A stretch of DNA of 64,000 nt from positions 24,056,001 to 24,120,000 of the forward strand of contig NC_092674.1 in assembly GCF_964355755.1 (NCBI RefSeq), in the 5' to 3' direction. Shown here one piece after another: positions 13,694-26,640 of the stretch. The number at the start of each line of letters is the position of its first letter. The stretch's first letter is position 1. The position numbers and the translations under genes were made by a program. The notes under the pieces were generated by a model that saw nothing but the letters and a program-made list of their open reading frames with translations, did not search any database and was not told the origin of the DNA. Origin of the DNA: Antedon mediterranea (lineage: Eukaryota > Animalia > Echinodermata).

Positions 13694-16600
13694 ATATAGA
13701 ATTTTATTTGTATTATAAAAGATAATCTATTATGATAAATGGTTTGTACAAATTCAACAAGTTGGCGTTTCGTGGACGGTTCAATAATGTGTAGAGTATC
13801 ATAGGCAAATCATGGAGGTATCTCCATGGGCAAATCATGTGATACGCTGTCACATTATGTAACACATGTATCATAGGCCATAAGCCACATGTGATGCATA
13901 TGTTTCACAGGATTTGCCTATGATAGACAATTAATGTGAGGAGATACAGGACAGATAATCGGGTCGTTTCGTCCCGTTGTCCTGACAGTAGTTGTACTGT
14001 GTTGGGTCCGAGGGTTTTGCCGGTCGGTCGGTTCGAACTTTATTGGATGTCGTCGTGTATTCACTGTGTTCGCTGGCCGTATTCTGTTCGCTTTGGGCAC
14101 GGTGTCGTAAATGAACACATTATTTTACGTTTCGTAATATATGTGTTCACTTAAATAATTCTTATGACACCAGTAGTTTGCTAAGATTTGTAATTTGAAA
14201 AATAAAGGCCAGTACACTACTGTTATATACGCGATGGTTGGTCTAGAAATACGCAATTTTTCTGTGAGAAACCGATTCTGTTTCATGTAATTATGTTAAA
14301 TACAGCCTTTCATGTGACATTGTTCATATCCTTCACGATTGCTGATGCCTACTCTCATGTCTCCACTCTTCGAAATAGCCTATGGTACGCTCCTAGACAA
14401 AGAGCGAGAATCGTAGGAGAGAAAGATTATGTTTTGTAAAAACACAACAGTCATTTTAGGTATGACGTATTCCGCCTACATATTCCGACATCTCTAAATC
14501 CGCTTCTTGTAATGAAGTGATCTTCTTATAATCTTTTCATGTATATTTTTTAGGTTCAAAGTTTACACGTTGAGTAGAATGTAAAGCCATATTCGTCGAC
14601 GATTACTCTTGGGATTGATTGCGATGTTTTCTATGGCCAATGTGTCTAGGTAAATTTTATTGAAAAATTCGAAATTTTGCAATTTTTAAAAAAAGTTACG
14701 TCTGTAATTTTTATTGTTCCCCTGTTTTATAATTCTATTGTCGAATTATGCCATTTTACTGTATATTGTATAGGCTTATTGCTGCTTTATGTTCAATGGT
14801 ATACTTTTACTTCTTTTTATAAATGGGGCTTTTCAATAATATTGTAAGACGTGTCGTAGAAATGGAGTTGATACTATACCGTTCGCGCATGCTGTGCTTA
14901 CAACCCGATATTGTGATAACTTCAGCGACTCGCGCCAAATTTCGCTTCTGAATTATGCACTAAGCCGCATTATGCATTACGCTATCAAACTAGTTTGACA
15001 AAAAAGTGTGATGTGCCCAAATATGGTAGCGATATGTCCAAATATGGTAGTGTCATATTTTTTTTGTCGCATAAAGTGTGAAGACAGAGCTTAACTCTTC
15101 GTAACTAATGTAACCTATGATACTAAAACAAATATTGATATGACAAAAAAAGTTTTGTATCACCATAATTATTCATTTCAGTAGGATTATGACGTATGCA
15201 ACATTATGTAAGCGAGGTCTCTAGAAATTCGACTTCTTTTAATTAATGTAAACTAGGCCAAGATCGCTCGTTATTCTTGACAAGAATGAAGCCACATTTT
15301 AATGACATGATATCCTATTTATATAAATCGTCAACATGTCAATTTTGTCGAAAATAATAATTACCGTAGGCCTATCTATTGCTATACTATCGGATACGCA
15401 CACAACTCAATTTAGGTGACTGCACCACCCCATCTCACGCCCACCCAAATCACCTCATATTGGTTTTAAAAGGTAAATAATAATAGGTGAATTCAAAAAA
15501 AGAAGTCAACGTCGAATAAAATATTCAACCCCCAAATATTGATGGTAAAAGTTAGGCCTAAACATTCTTGCTCGTTGCGTCCGTCCTCGTCTAATTACAA
15601 CCAGGATAGGCTGGTATATTTTCTGTTCTCATAACAAGGATTGGGATTCACCTTACCATGAGTATGGTTATAACCATTCCAGGTGGTTGTGGTGTGACCG
15701 GCATTTCCTGTATTTCATGTATGCTATAGGTGTTGTTCCGGAAGCGGATACTTTATGGATATCACCAATGAATTATTCATGTTTTATTTTGTGACGTTTC
15801 ATAAGTCCTCAACTCATGTACGAAACAAATGTATTGCGTTCCGAAAGCCCGTGAAATTTAATAGGTTGGATCTTTACGTCAGTTACTGCAGAATTTGAGA
15901 ACAAGCAATAGAAAATAAGACTAAACCAGAACAATTGTGTGTAATATGTCACAAACGGAACACGTAGAAAGAGATACAATATAAAATTATAATGTTCAAT
16001 ACAACTATAGTAGTCGCAAAATATAAAATTTTTGTACTATTATAAATCAGATTTGTATTCAATTTGATCAATGAAAGATGTGTAAAAATTAAGATTGTCA
16101 AAATTATTTTCAACAGTTAAAATTTGTAATCCTTTGAAGAAAAGAATTAAAAAGTTATATTTTAAAATTATTTTTGAAATGCTTATTTATTGTAAATTTA
16201 TCGTTAAAATCAATTATGATTATGAATGACCGAATACACCGTCATTATGGTGTATTTAAAAAAAAGGTGTATTAACGTCCAAATGCAATTGTTGTAGGCC
16301 TATTCGATTGTGGAACTTTCGTAGTCAACAGTCATAAAGATTCGTTGTTATGGTAATGGTAAATTGTGAACGGGTTGTGCTCAACAGAAAATCATTCGAA
16401 TAGAAAGCGTTAAACAATGTTTTTTCGTTAAGAACAATCTCAACGCTCAAAATGCTTCGTTAGATAGGCCCACTAAACAGGCGTAGGACAGAAACCAAAG
16501 ACTAACCAGCTAATCTTAAGACTGATAATTAGTAATGGAAACACAATCGTCTTCTTTGTTCGTTTCAGGCAATCAACGATAAATTCATAGGTTATACATC

Positions 16601-17287
16601 ATGACACCGTATGGTAATGTTAGTTATAATGAGTGGCTATTAAACCATAGGTCCATAAAATAAGCTCACTCTCAATATAGAACATAGTAAGCTTAAATCT
16701 TTCGACACGAGCTTTACACCGGTGTTACCAGACATTCTTTGACAAGACGGCAGAGTGCGTCTGAATCGGCATCACTTCATCATGATTCCCTTGGGGATCG
16801 AGAACAGTTAAAGGTCTGTTGAGGAGGAGGACTGACATATTTTGAACTATCTATATCCCAGGACCTCTTTCGAAACTTACGCCTATATGTCGTACAATGG
16901 TCATTGAAATGGACATTATCATTTGAAACAAACATTTAAGCGGCCTTTGTTTAATACCCAACTCTCTGCAAAATTGTATTCAGTAAGATTCCGTAAAACG
17001 GCGTCACATTTTACAATTGCACGTTAGGATGTATCTTTAATATTCTATAAGTTCGTCGTTTATCTAAAATAGTTTTAGTAGGCCTACGTTGAAATACCCC
17101 TAGAAGTAATATTGTTGATACTGAGGTTTTAAGCACATAAAACAGTCATCATGCTTAAGCACGTATTTTTATCTAGGGCAACTTCGCTCGTAATTTTTTA
17201 GTAAATACATAATACGACTATTTCAGGATACTCGACGAGAATTAATAGACCGAATCGAATTTTTTGTAAAGTTATTATGTGAATATG

Positions 17288-19053
17288 GGGTGTGTAGAAA
17301 GCGACGACCTCGAATTGGACGACCCTAACGACCCGGGCGACCTCGAATTGAACGACCTCGAATTGAACGACCCATAACACGAAACCGACGACCCCTATAG
17401 CCTAGCCTAGCCTAGGCCTAAGTGTGGTATAACATCCCAAAGCCGAACATAGCCAAAGATCTTTAAACTATACCTTATTTTATAATACTCGCAAGCAAGC
17501 AATTGATTGAAAAAATACAGAAATATCGCCATTTGATACTGATTGTGTCGACACGAACAAACGAAAAGATATGGAACGCCAAGAGTGCATCATTAAAACT
17601 GCATTCGACATTTTAAAAATAAATTAAAAAGAAATAAATATTATACAATACATGGTTAAACCATGGACGTATAATTACATCTCCTCGTCTTCTTATAACG
17701 AACACTATAGGCCTACCAAGCAGAGTAACATGTGCATGGGGGGATATGACCGGTTGGGCCGCCGACAAGTTGAGCCGCCGGTAATTTCTATGAAACGGCC
17801 AGTGCGTCTTTTACGACATTTCGCGTAGTGATAGAGTGGTCTCCTAGTAGGCCCTACATAAGTTCATGGTCTTTAAGTTTATTGTGTCATGAAAATAAAT
17901 AATAATTACATACTACAATTTTGTTGGTTTGAAACAGCAAAGGAAAGTAGTCATATTTAATAATTTAATTGTTTTTAATCTTTCAAGGTAAAAATGCAGT
18001 GCACTCCATAATATTTTTCTCGCGTGTATGCCTACCACGTAAAATCACGTTGTCTCTCAGGACTAATACTAGAGTATTGATATTCTTCGAATGAGGTTAA
18101 ATAATTATTATTTTTTATTTACTATCTTTTAATATCATATGTTATTGAATTTTACAATGTTAATACACAAAATATTTTACTAAAAAACGGTGATTTTATG
18201 CAATTATTTTACTTCAACTGCCGCCTGAGGGGGCAACATGTTTACGTCATTTTTGGCTAAAAACGATCATTTTCGGTCATGTTTTAGGCCTTATATTTTG
18301 GAATCTACAAGTCAGATATTCATAATTATTTCTCTTTAATTATAATATTTAATAATATATACTAAAAACCGTGATATATAAACTTTGGAATATACATCGT
18401 TATATCTAATAATTAATATAAATAGAACTTCTATTAAATAGAAACGAGCACCGGCGAAAGTAAGCATTTGGCGTTTCATAGAAAATAACGTTTTTCTGGC
18501 GGCGCCTCAACTTGTCGGCGGCTCAACTTGGCCTAATCCTGCATGGGGGAGGGCCATAAGAAAGCTTTACATTTCACACATGCATTGTATACGGTCAAAC
18601 CATGGAGGTATAAAAATATTTTTATACCTCCATGGTCAAACCATGGAGTACCTGGTCAAACCTTACCTGCCGCTGAAAAAGGGGCCTGGTTTGCCATGTT
18701 TATGATATTTCGTGTGCTAATCGAGTCGAATGCAGTTTTAATGATGCACTCTTGGCGTTCCATATCTGTTCGTTTGTTCGTGTCGAATTTGATACATTCA
18801 GTATCAAATGGCGATATTTCTGTATTTTTTCAATCAATTGCTTGCTTTGCGAGTATTATATAAGGTATGGTTTAAAGATCTTTGGTTATGTTCGGCTTCG
18901 GGATGTTATACCATACTTAGGCCTAGGCTAGGCTAGGCTATTATAGGGGTCGTCGGTTTCGTGTTATGGGTCGTCCAATTCTAGGTCGTCCAATTCGAGG
19001 TCGCCCGGGTCGTTGGGGTCGTCCAATTCGAGGTCGTCGCTTTCTACACACCC
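17288..19053. mobile_element. Non-autonomous MULE/foldback-like element with about 330-bp TIRs and a 10-bp TSD
   Basis: GGGTGTGTAGAAAGCGACGACC... is inverted at both ends. The flanking direct repeat TGTGAATATG lies at 17278-17287 and 19054-19063. Subterminal CGACCTCGAATTG repeats are present. Confidence 0.9.
17742..18539. mobile_element. Second MULE-like element nested in the first, 9-bp TSD
   Basis: Imperfect TIRs (GGATATGACC..GCCGCCGACAAGTTGAG / CTCAACTTGTCGGCGGC..GGCCTAATCC). TSD TGCATGGGG at 17733-17741 and 18540-18548. Confidence 0.8.
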
Positions 19054-19581
19054 TGTGAATATGATTAAATTCGTTTCACTCTGAGAAAAATGAATTTTAT
19101 TTATAAAACGGTTGGTCCGGTTTAAAAAAATCCGGTGCAGACATGTTCCTTGATTTCCTCATTGGATCTTACCGTCAATATCAAAATCTCTAAAATATTG
19201 TTGATATAAACTTTGCGGTACACCACGTATATTATTAGTTCAGAAAAGAACCGTTTCGATCATCAATATGCTTTGATCGTCCTCGGGAGTGAAAATATTT
19301 ACCGGTTATTTTTTATCCAACCACCTTCCGCCCACTAAGAAGCAGTTTATAACACGTTTTTGTTTGCCTGCGTACAATATTAAATTATTTCAACAAAATA
19401 TAGCTTTTGTGTTTGTGTTTTTTTCTGAAAGATCGAAAGCAATTATTGTCCACAGCAGGGTTCAACCAATTCCCGGACCCTTTCCTTACATCTCTCACAG
19501 ACGGACTCCTCTTATTGATTTACCTTGATTTACCTTGATCTTGGACATCTAAAGCAATGCTTGTGTGTCCCTCCGGTATAT

Positions 19582-22500
19582 TAGTCCAGGGGCTTATGTC
19601 ATTTTGTAGGCTTTTGATGTTAATTGTCGGCACCAACTTTTTTCTGACTCAGAATTTTCCTCTGAACAAGAAAAACTTTGGTGCCATTTTTTTCGACCAT
19701 GGCAAGTGGCCGCCATTTTGATTTTCAAGATGGCGGACTAACTTTAACAAAACTGATCATGTGTGGTATCATTGGAAAGGGAATACAATACTGATCATTT
19801 ATTGCCATTACACCCATACCCCAAAATGCATAGCAACAAAGATAATCGCAATTACATTATGTCATGTGATCAAAATGAGGTCAAAGGTCAAATTTCGACC
19901 ACTTATGAATACCATTGTGTTTGGTATCGACGGAAAGCTTTTTTTATACTTTAAACAGCTGTACATATAGTTTTTACATTTATCACACCATTTTCTAGAA
20001 ATTTTAAATTTTGTCTATAAATAATAATTATAGCTAACAACTTATTTCAAGTTTAAAATAAGTGAGTTTATTACTGTAACGATATGTTAAGCCTTACAAC
20101 CTATGTTTTTTCGACCAAATTTAAGGTCACAAACTACATTTTATGTAAAAATAAATACTATATGATCCTATTTTGATAACTTTTATCGTTTTTAAACTGT
20201 TCAAAATGTGAAAAATATGTTGATTCTAATAATTTAATCGGCCCGATGTAAATCCCACAAGGCATCGTGCGAGGATTGATATTTTCATGTTATGGATGCA
20301 CGGCCAGTTTCGGTCGGCCATTATGAAAACAAATAAGAGAATCATAGACTTTTTATATGTAAATTGATAGACCGCAGCGTACAATTAACCAGCAGTCAAC
20401 AATACCGCGCAAAAATATATATGTAGATAATTATGTTTGTGAACATGCTCAGAATGAATTTCTGACTGTTTAGATTGCTTGTGCATCATGCATCATTTCC
20501 CATGTCCGTAATATTGGGCCAAAATTCCGTAATAATTATGGACGTTCCCAACTTTGAAATAACAGTGTTAAACAGTGCCAGGTGCGGGCAAAAAATTTCT
20601 ATTGATCATACATTCCAATAATTATCGATCTATAGTTTCCTCTATGTTTCATAATTTTTGGGATTTTATTTGTGTTACACGAGCTTGTTGAAAATAAGCA
20701 CTTTCTTATCAGTGGGGGGATAGTTCAAATTACACAGTAAAATCTCTATTCTTTTGTACACAAATTTTGTAAATAGAGAGGCATTTTAAAAAGCTATGAA
20801 AAATAAATGGTGTGGTAAAAAATGTTAACAGATGACTAAATATATGTAATATAACTTGAATATTACATTTCTGGTATTTTTATTCAACTTAAGATTTTTA
20901 TTTTCATGCTATAGCAAAAATTATCCACCGTATATCCACCATCTTTTTCACTTTCTAGGGAGTCAACAGACATTAGGTTAACTACGTAACTACTGAAAAA
21001 AAGTAATCCTGGTTTTTATGGAAGAATTTTGCAAAATTTTGTATTTGACCATATTAAGGGAAATTCATGTTTTTTCGTCTTGATTTCTTTTACAAATATT
21101 TGATTTAGGTACAATTAACCAAATATTATAATTAAAATTCATGCCTGTACCTGAGCTTTAATGCTTCAACTCCCTTTTTAAATGCAATATTTTATTATTT
21201 TTTTCTCTCAAAATTAGTCGACCAAACTCTCGCAACACCGACTTATTTTCTCTTGCCTGTTGTCGAGTCAACGTAACCAAAAATGGTTTCATTCAAAGAT
21301 TATCCAAGCTTTTTAATTCAATTTCTATAAGGATAAAACTATCGATATTTTTTTTGACACTTTGTCCAAATTTAGGTCTAAAATTCTTAAATCGATTTAA
21401 GTTTGCCTTTTTGTATGTTTCATGTTTTGTATTTTTATGTGCTTTTAATTCTATATTTATATCTTAAGAGTTTTAAGGCATCCTGTAATTGGCAATTTTT
21501 CGCTGTTTGGATGTGAAATAAAATAAAATAAATAAAATAAAATTGCTTTTTTCTGCAAATTTCGATATTTTCTTTTCTGGAGTGTGGTTTAAGCAACACT
21601 GTTGTACAGTTTATAGTAGATAAATGAAATTTATTTTTGGAAATTGTGGTTTATTGACTTATTTAGCATTTTTCCAAAATATTTTTTATCTAACGTTTTT
21701 ATTCCATAGTCGCGTAGTGTGTTACCGGCAGAAAAAATATGCGGTATACGATCAGTATTGCTGTTTGCTACTGTAGCCCGATATAGTTTAACAAAATTAA
21801 ATTAATATGTGAAAACACTGACCCATCTACCGCCTCTGATTCAGAGGAAAGCGATGTTGAAATTTGACTACGTTAGCTAAGTGTACCCAATACACAATAT
21901 TGAATGTCAGTTTGGACATGGTCACATCAGATATGGAAATGTTATTATCTTGAATTGAAAGATACTGTTATTATCTTGGTATATTTTATATATCCACTGG
22001 TAGTTCTGAAGTACTATTAGGGGCGGTAGCAGGACCATTTGAATAGGGTTGCCCAAGAATCCAGGGCTGTCGATTCTGAGCATATGCGCCACAGGCCCCC
22101 ATGGTTAAATGACACCCCTAGCATGGTACTCTCGCACGTAAAATTCACGATAAATGGCAGCTCTAGTTCACTGCCGGAAATGACACTCGATATCGGGCTA
22201 CAGTAGCAAACATCAATACTGATCGTATACCGCATATTTTTTCCGCCGGTAACACACTACGCGACTATGGAATAAAAACGTTAGATAAAAAATATTTTGG
22301 AAAAAATGCTGAATAAGTCAGTAAAACCACCACAATTTCCAAAAATAAATTTCATTTATCTACTATAAACTGTACAACAGTGTTACTTAAACCACGCTCC
22401 AGAAAGGAAAAAATCGAAATTTGCAGAAAGAAGCAATTTTAACACTGTTATTTCAAAGTTCGGAACGTCCATAATTATTACGGAATTTTGGTCCAATATT

Positions 22501-23879
22501 ACGGGCATGGGAAATGAAGATATACAGTACCTTCGCATGATGCACAAGCATTCTACTAAACAGTCAGAAATTCATTCTGAGCATGTTCACAAACATAATT
22601 ATCTACATAATATGTGCGCGGTATTGTTGACTGCTGGTCAATTGTACGCTGCAGTCTGTCAATTTACATATAGGCTCTTATATATGATGAAATGGGATCT
22701 AAATTTTAATTTATTGGCAAAAAACATTTAGTATGAAATTAAGGGTGTTGCAACACCCTGTGTCCGCCCCTGACTATACATGGTGGCATACTTTATAGGC
22801 TTCATTTATACAATACATCTGATAGTCATTTTGTATGTTAAATCCCCAAAACCTGCAATTGTTGTCGTTTTGTAAAAATAATGTATATATATATAATTTT
22901 AAAAACAATAAACCAGGTCATGTCTTGTCTTAAATGTACGTTCTAAAGTTAATTATGATTAAAAGATAACGGTAACGTACGAACATCGTACGCTTGCTAT
23001 ATGCTTATCATGACGTTTTCTCATTGCTGAAATAATTTTCTTTTCTTTTTTGGCAGAATCCGTTAATACAAATTGGGGCAGACCTGGTATTTTCGCCAAA
23101 AAGTTATGGTTCTCTTATTTGTTTTGACGATCGCCGACCGAAACTGGCCGTGCATCCATATCAACACGAAAATATCAATGCCTTGTGGGATTTAGCGGGC
23201 CGATTAAATTATTATTATTAGAATCAACTTATTTTTCACATTTTGAACAGTTTAAAGACGAAAAAAGTTATCGAAATAGGATCATATAGTATTTTTTATT
23301 TTTACATAAAATGTAGTTTGTGACCTTAAATTAGGTCGAAAACACTTAGGTCGTAGGGCTTTAACACATTGTTACAGTAATAAACTAACTTATTTTAAAC
23401 TTGAAATAAGGTGTATAATAGCTATATTATTTATATACAAAATTTAAACTTTCTAGAAAATGGTGTGATGAATGTAAAAACTATATGTACAGCTGTACTA
23501 AGTATAAAAAAAGCTTTCCGTTGATACCAAACACAATGGTATTTATAAGTTGTCGAAATTTGACCTTTGACCTCATTTTGGTCACATGACATAATGTAAT
23601 TGCGATTATCTCTGTTGCTATGCATTTTGGGGTATGGGTGTAATGGAAATAAATGATCAGTATTTAATTCCCTTTCCAATGATACCACTCACGATCATTT
23701 TTGTTAAAGTTAGTCCGCCATATTGAAAATCAAAATGGCGGCCACTTGCCATGGTCGAAAAAAATGGCACCAAAGTTTTTCTTGTTCAGCGAAAAATTCT
23801 GAGTCAGAAAAACGTTGGTGCCGACAATTAACATCAAAAGCCTACAAGTGCCTTTTTTTCGACATAAGCTCCTGGACTA
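19582..23879. mobile_element. Academ-like non-autonomous foldback element with arms of about 1.2 kb
   Basis: TAGTCCAGG...CCTGGACTA termini and a 3-bp TSD TAT. The left arm (19582-20570 plus 21541-21784) mirrors 22190-23879. Each arm carries a private insertion. TAG termini with a 3-bp TSD are characteristic of Academ. Confidence 0.8.
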
Positions 23880-23882
23880 TAT

Positions 23883-24740
23883 TCTATTACTAAACTTTAG
23901 TGGGTGGTGTTTCCAAAACTGTTCCTAGTCGGTTTTTAAATTGATTAACATTTGCAGCTTCTATTACATCCTGAGGCAAGTTGTTCTATGTGTCGATAAT
24001 AGAGTTTGTAAACAATTTCTGCCGTATCCTTAAGTGAGTACGAGGTTTACTAATTTTCAAAAAGTGTCCTCTGGTTCTAGATTCAGTGGTTAACCTAAAA
24101 AAATCCTCATTGTTACATTTAGTGAAACCGTAGAACATTTTGAATACTTGAATCATTGTGGATCTCAATCTTCTGTATTCTAGAGTAGGAAGGTGCATTT
24201 TGGAAAGCCGTTGACTGTATTCATACTGACGTAAATCTGCTATCATTCTTGATGCACGCTGTTGAACCTTTTCCAACTTATCAGATTCCTTCAAAAAAAC
24301 ATGCTGCCAAACAGTACTGCAATATTCCATGGATGGTCTTACAATCGATTTGTACAGAAGAGATAAGGAGTGACAGGATAAATAATCAAAAGACCTATAT
24401 GATGCCCAGCTTTTGATTTGCTTTCATAGCAACTTGAGCCACATGGGATTCAAAAGTTAATTTATCGTCAATTACGACCCCGAGATCTGTCATTTTGGAG
24501 ACCCATTGTAGTAGTTTCTTGTTTTCTGCATGACCCATCTTGTATTGAAATGTAATGTTCTTCCTACCAAAATGCATGGCACTACATTTTTTTCTAAGTT
24601 AAACGGTAGTTGCCATTTTATAGACAATTTAAACAGCTTGTCAATGTCATCTTGTAACTTTTTGGCATCATCTAAATTATTTATTTTTCTAAAAATCTTG
24701 GTGTCATCAGCAAAAATTGTTATCTCGGAATCTTGAAATA
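23883..24740 (-). mobile_element. 5'-truncated, frameshifted CR1 LINE (RT C-terminal half); its 3' tail lies at 19515-19581
   Basis: FADDTKIFR..KLQDDID..KWQLPFN, DLGVVIDDKLTFESHV and MEYCSTVW..LEKVQQRA..LPTLEYRRLR in three frames. Confidence 0.92.
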
Positions 24741-25379
24741 GGCATAGGTTTACAATATATATAATTCCGGTCATCATGGAATGATACCGTAATTAATTTG
24801 CTTCTCACTTACTGTTGATAATAAGTTCTCTTCTCTTTTTTAAGTATCGCCCTCTTTAGTTTACAGAAGCAAATTGAGAATGACGTCATATACCCACAAT
24901 GCCATAGTTGAAGATTGGGGCAAAATGGCTGTTTGATGTAAAGAATTGAGGAGAAGGACCAAGGAGAATTTAAAATCAGAAACAAAGCCAATAGTTATTG
25001 ATTATAAGGCATAACTTGATTTATAGTATTGATTACATATTACTCTATTTTGTATGGTGTTGAATTCCGTTTTATAATTATTTTGGTGGTAATTCGCTTT
25101 ACCTAAAGATTGTTGACGTTTTGAGAAAGGCTGGACGATTTAAACGTCAACAACGACCCAGCAGTGGTGGACAGACGATTTGATCTGAAAAAAACAGCTG
25201 ATTTTGGTTGTACAAATTACCAAAGACTTTCAATGTGAGGGCAAAAACAACTAAAACAACGATAACTGTTATAATAACTGTATAAGCCCTATTAATAATT
25301 GAAAATAATGTCAGAAAGACGTGAAAAGGTAACATGTTTATTTTCAACTCTTGTATTGTATAATATTTTTGCTTGTTGA

Positions 25380-26640
25380 CAAACAGGCTCCGAGCTCCCT
25401 CTCAGCTCTGCTGATGCCACCAGACTAGGCCTAGCCTACTACTAGGCCTAGGCCTAGCCTACTACTAGGCCTATTAAAAACTAACCAAAGCCTCTTCTGT
25501 GATCTAGTAGTAGGCCTACAGTAGCCTATTATGTCAGTCTGCTGAGAGTTGGTAAACTTTACCAAAGTAGGCTAGCCTAGGGCATTTTTTATAATTTTTT
25601 ATTTTGTTTTAAAAAAGTTCTTGATGGGGTTTCTGTTCTGAACTACAGCACAGTATTTTTATAATTCCCGACACAATGATCGCCTGTGCACACAGGTTTT
25701 TTTTCATTCAATAGCCATCAGATTACCCCCCCCTCTCGTGTGTGTGTCTGGAACCAGCTTCCCAGATCATTGACATTGTTGACAGATGCTGCAGTCCTAG
25801 AAAGTCCAACATCCTTTATTAGAAAAGTTCACATTCATCAACAAACAATGTATTGTTTGCTAATTAAAATCCTATCGAAAGATAGTAGATGTCAATTTTT
25901 GTAGCCGCCCTACGCATCGGTTATCCTAATTTGGACGGAAATCCGCCGAGGAAAAGACATCAGCTCAGCTCACGTAGAGAGAGTCGAGGCTAGCCTGTTT
26001 CGGTGGCCTACAATATAAATTATTTAATCCTACCTTGTTGGGTTAGCAAATTATAAAAACGACGACACATAGGCTAGGACACCAACAAAATATATGCAAA
26101 ATAAATATATATTCCATATTAAGATTTAACATACATAGGCCTTTAAAAAAAAAATGATTACGACATGTATAAAGAAAAAGGCCCGACCAGAATTTGGAGG
26201 GGAAAAAACATGTGAACTGAGCAGTTTAGAGAGAGTATTATGTTTCATGTCATGTGACACAAAATCCAGGTACACGATCTTAATTACTGTTTTATCTGTA
26301 TCGTCTCGTCAGACGGCAGTCACCCTCTCGTACTGAGTAAAAAAAAAAGAGAGGTTGTGGTAAGCAGAGAGTATCGCGTTTCATGCCATGTGACCAAAAA
26401 ACTACAGTAGGTCTGTATTACGGTCTTCTGTCGGCAGTCTTTTTGAGCGAGCGATTGAACGTTCTGATACTATATTTAGAATGAATTGTTTACGATCTTT
26501 TTTTCGGCATCGTTTCTGGATGGACTGGACGTTATTATTTATAATAGTTGGCCTGTTTGTTGAGGTTCACCTGTGTTGGATGTGTCTCTACGTTTACACC
26601 GTGGGAAATTTTTATTTATATTCGCTGTTTTTGAGTAGGT
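25380..26640 (+). promoter_or_regulatory. Probable UBL3 promoter and non-coding first exon
   Basis: CpG-containing region directly upstream of a CpG-poor gene body, with a candidate donor TAG|GTAAAC near 26638. Confidence 0.4.

Noticed and set aside
19761-23688. Near-identical ORFs on opposite strands (MVSLERE...)
   Set aside because: Mirror images caused by the foldback TIRs, with no recognisable domain.
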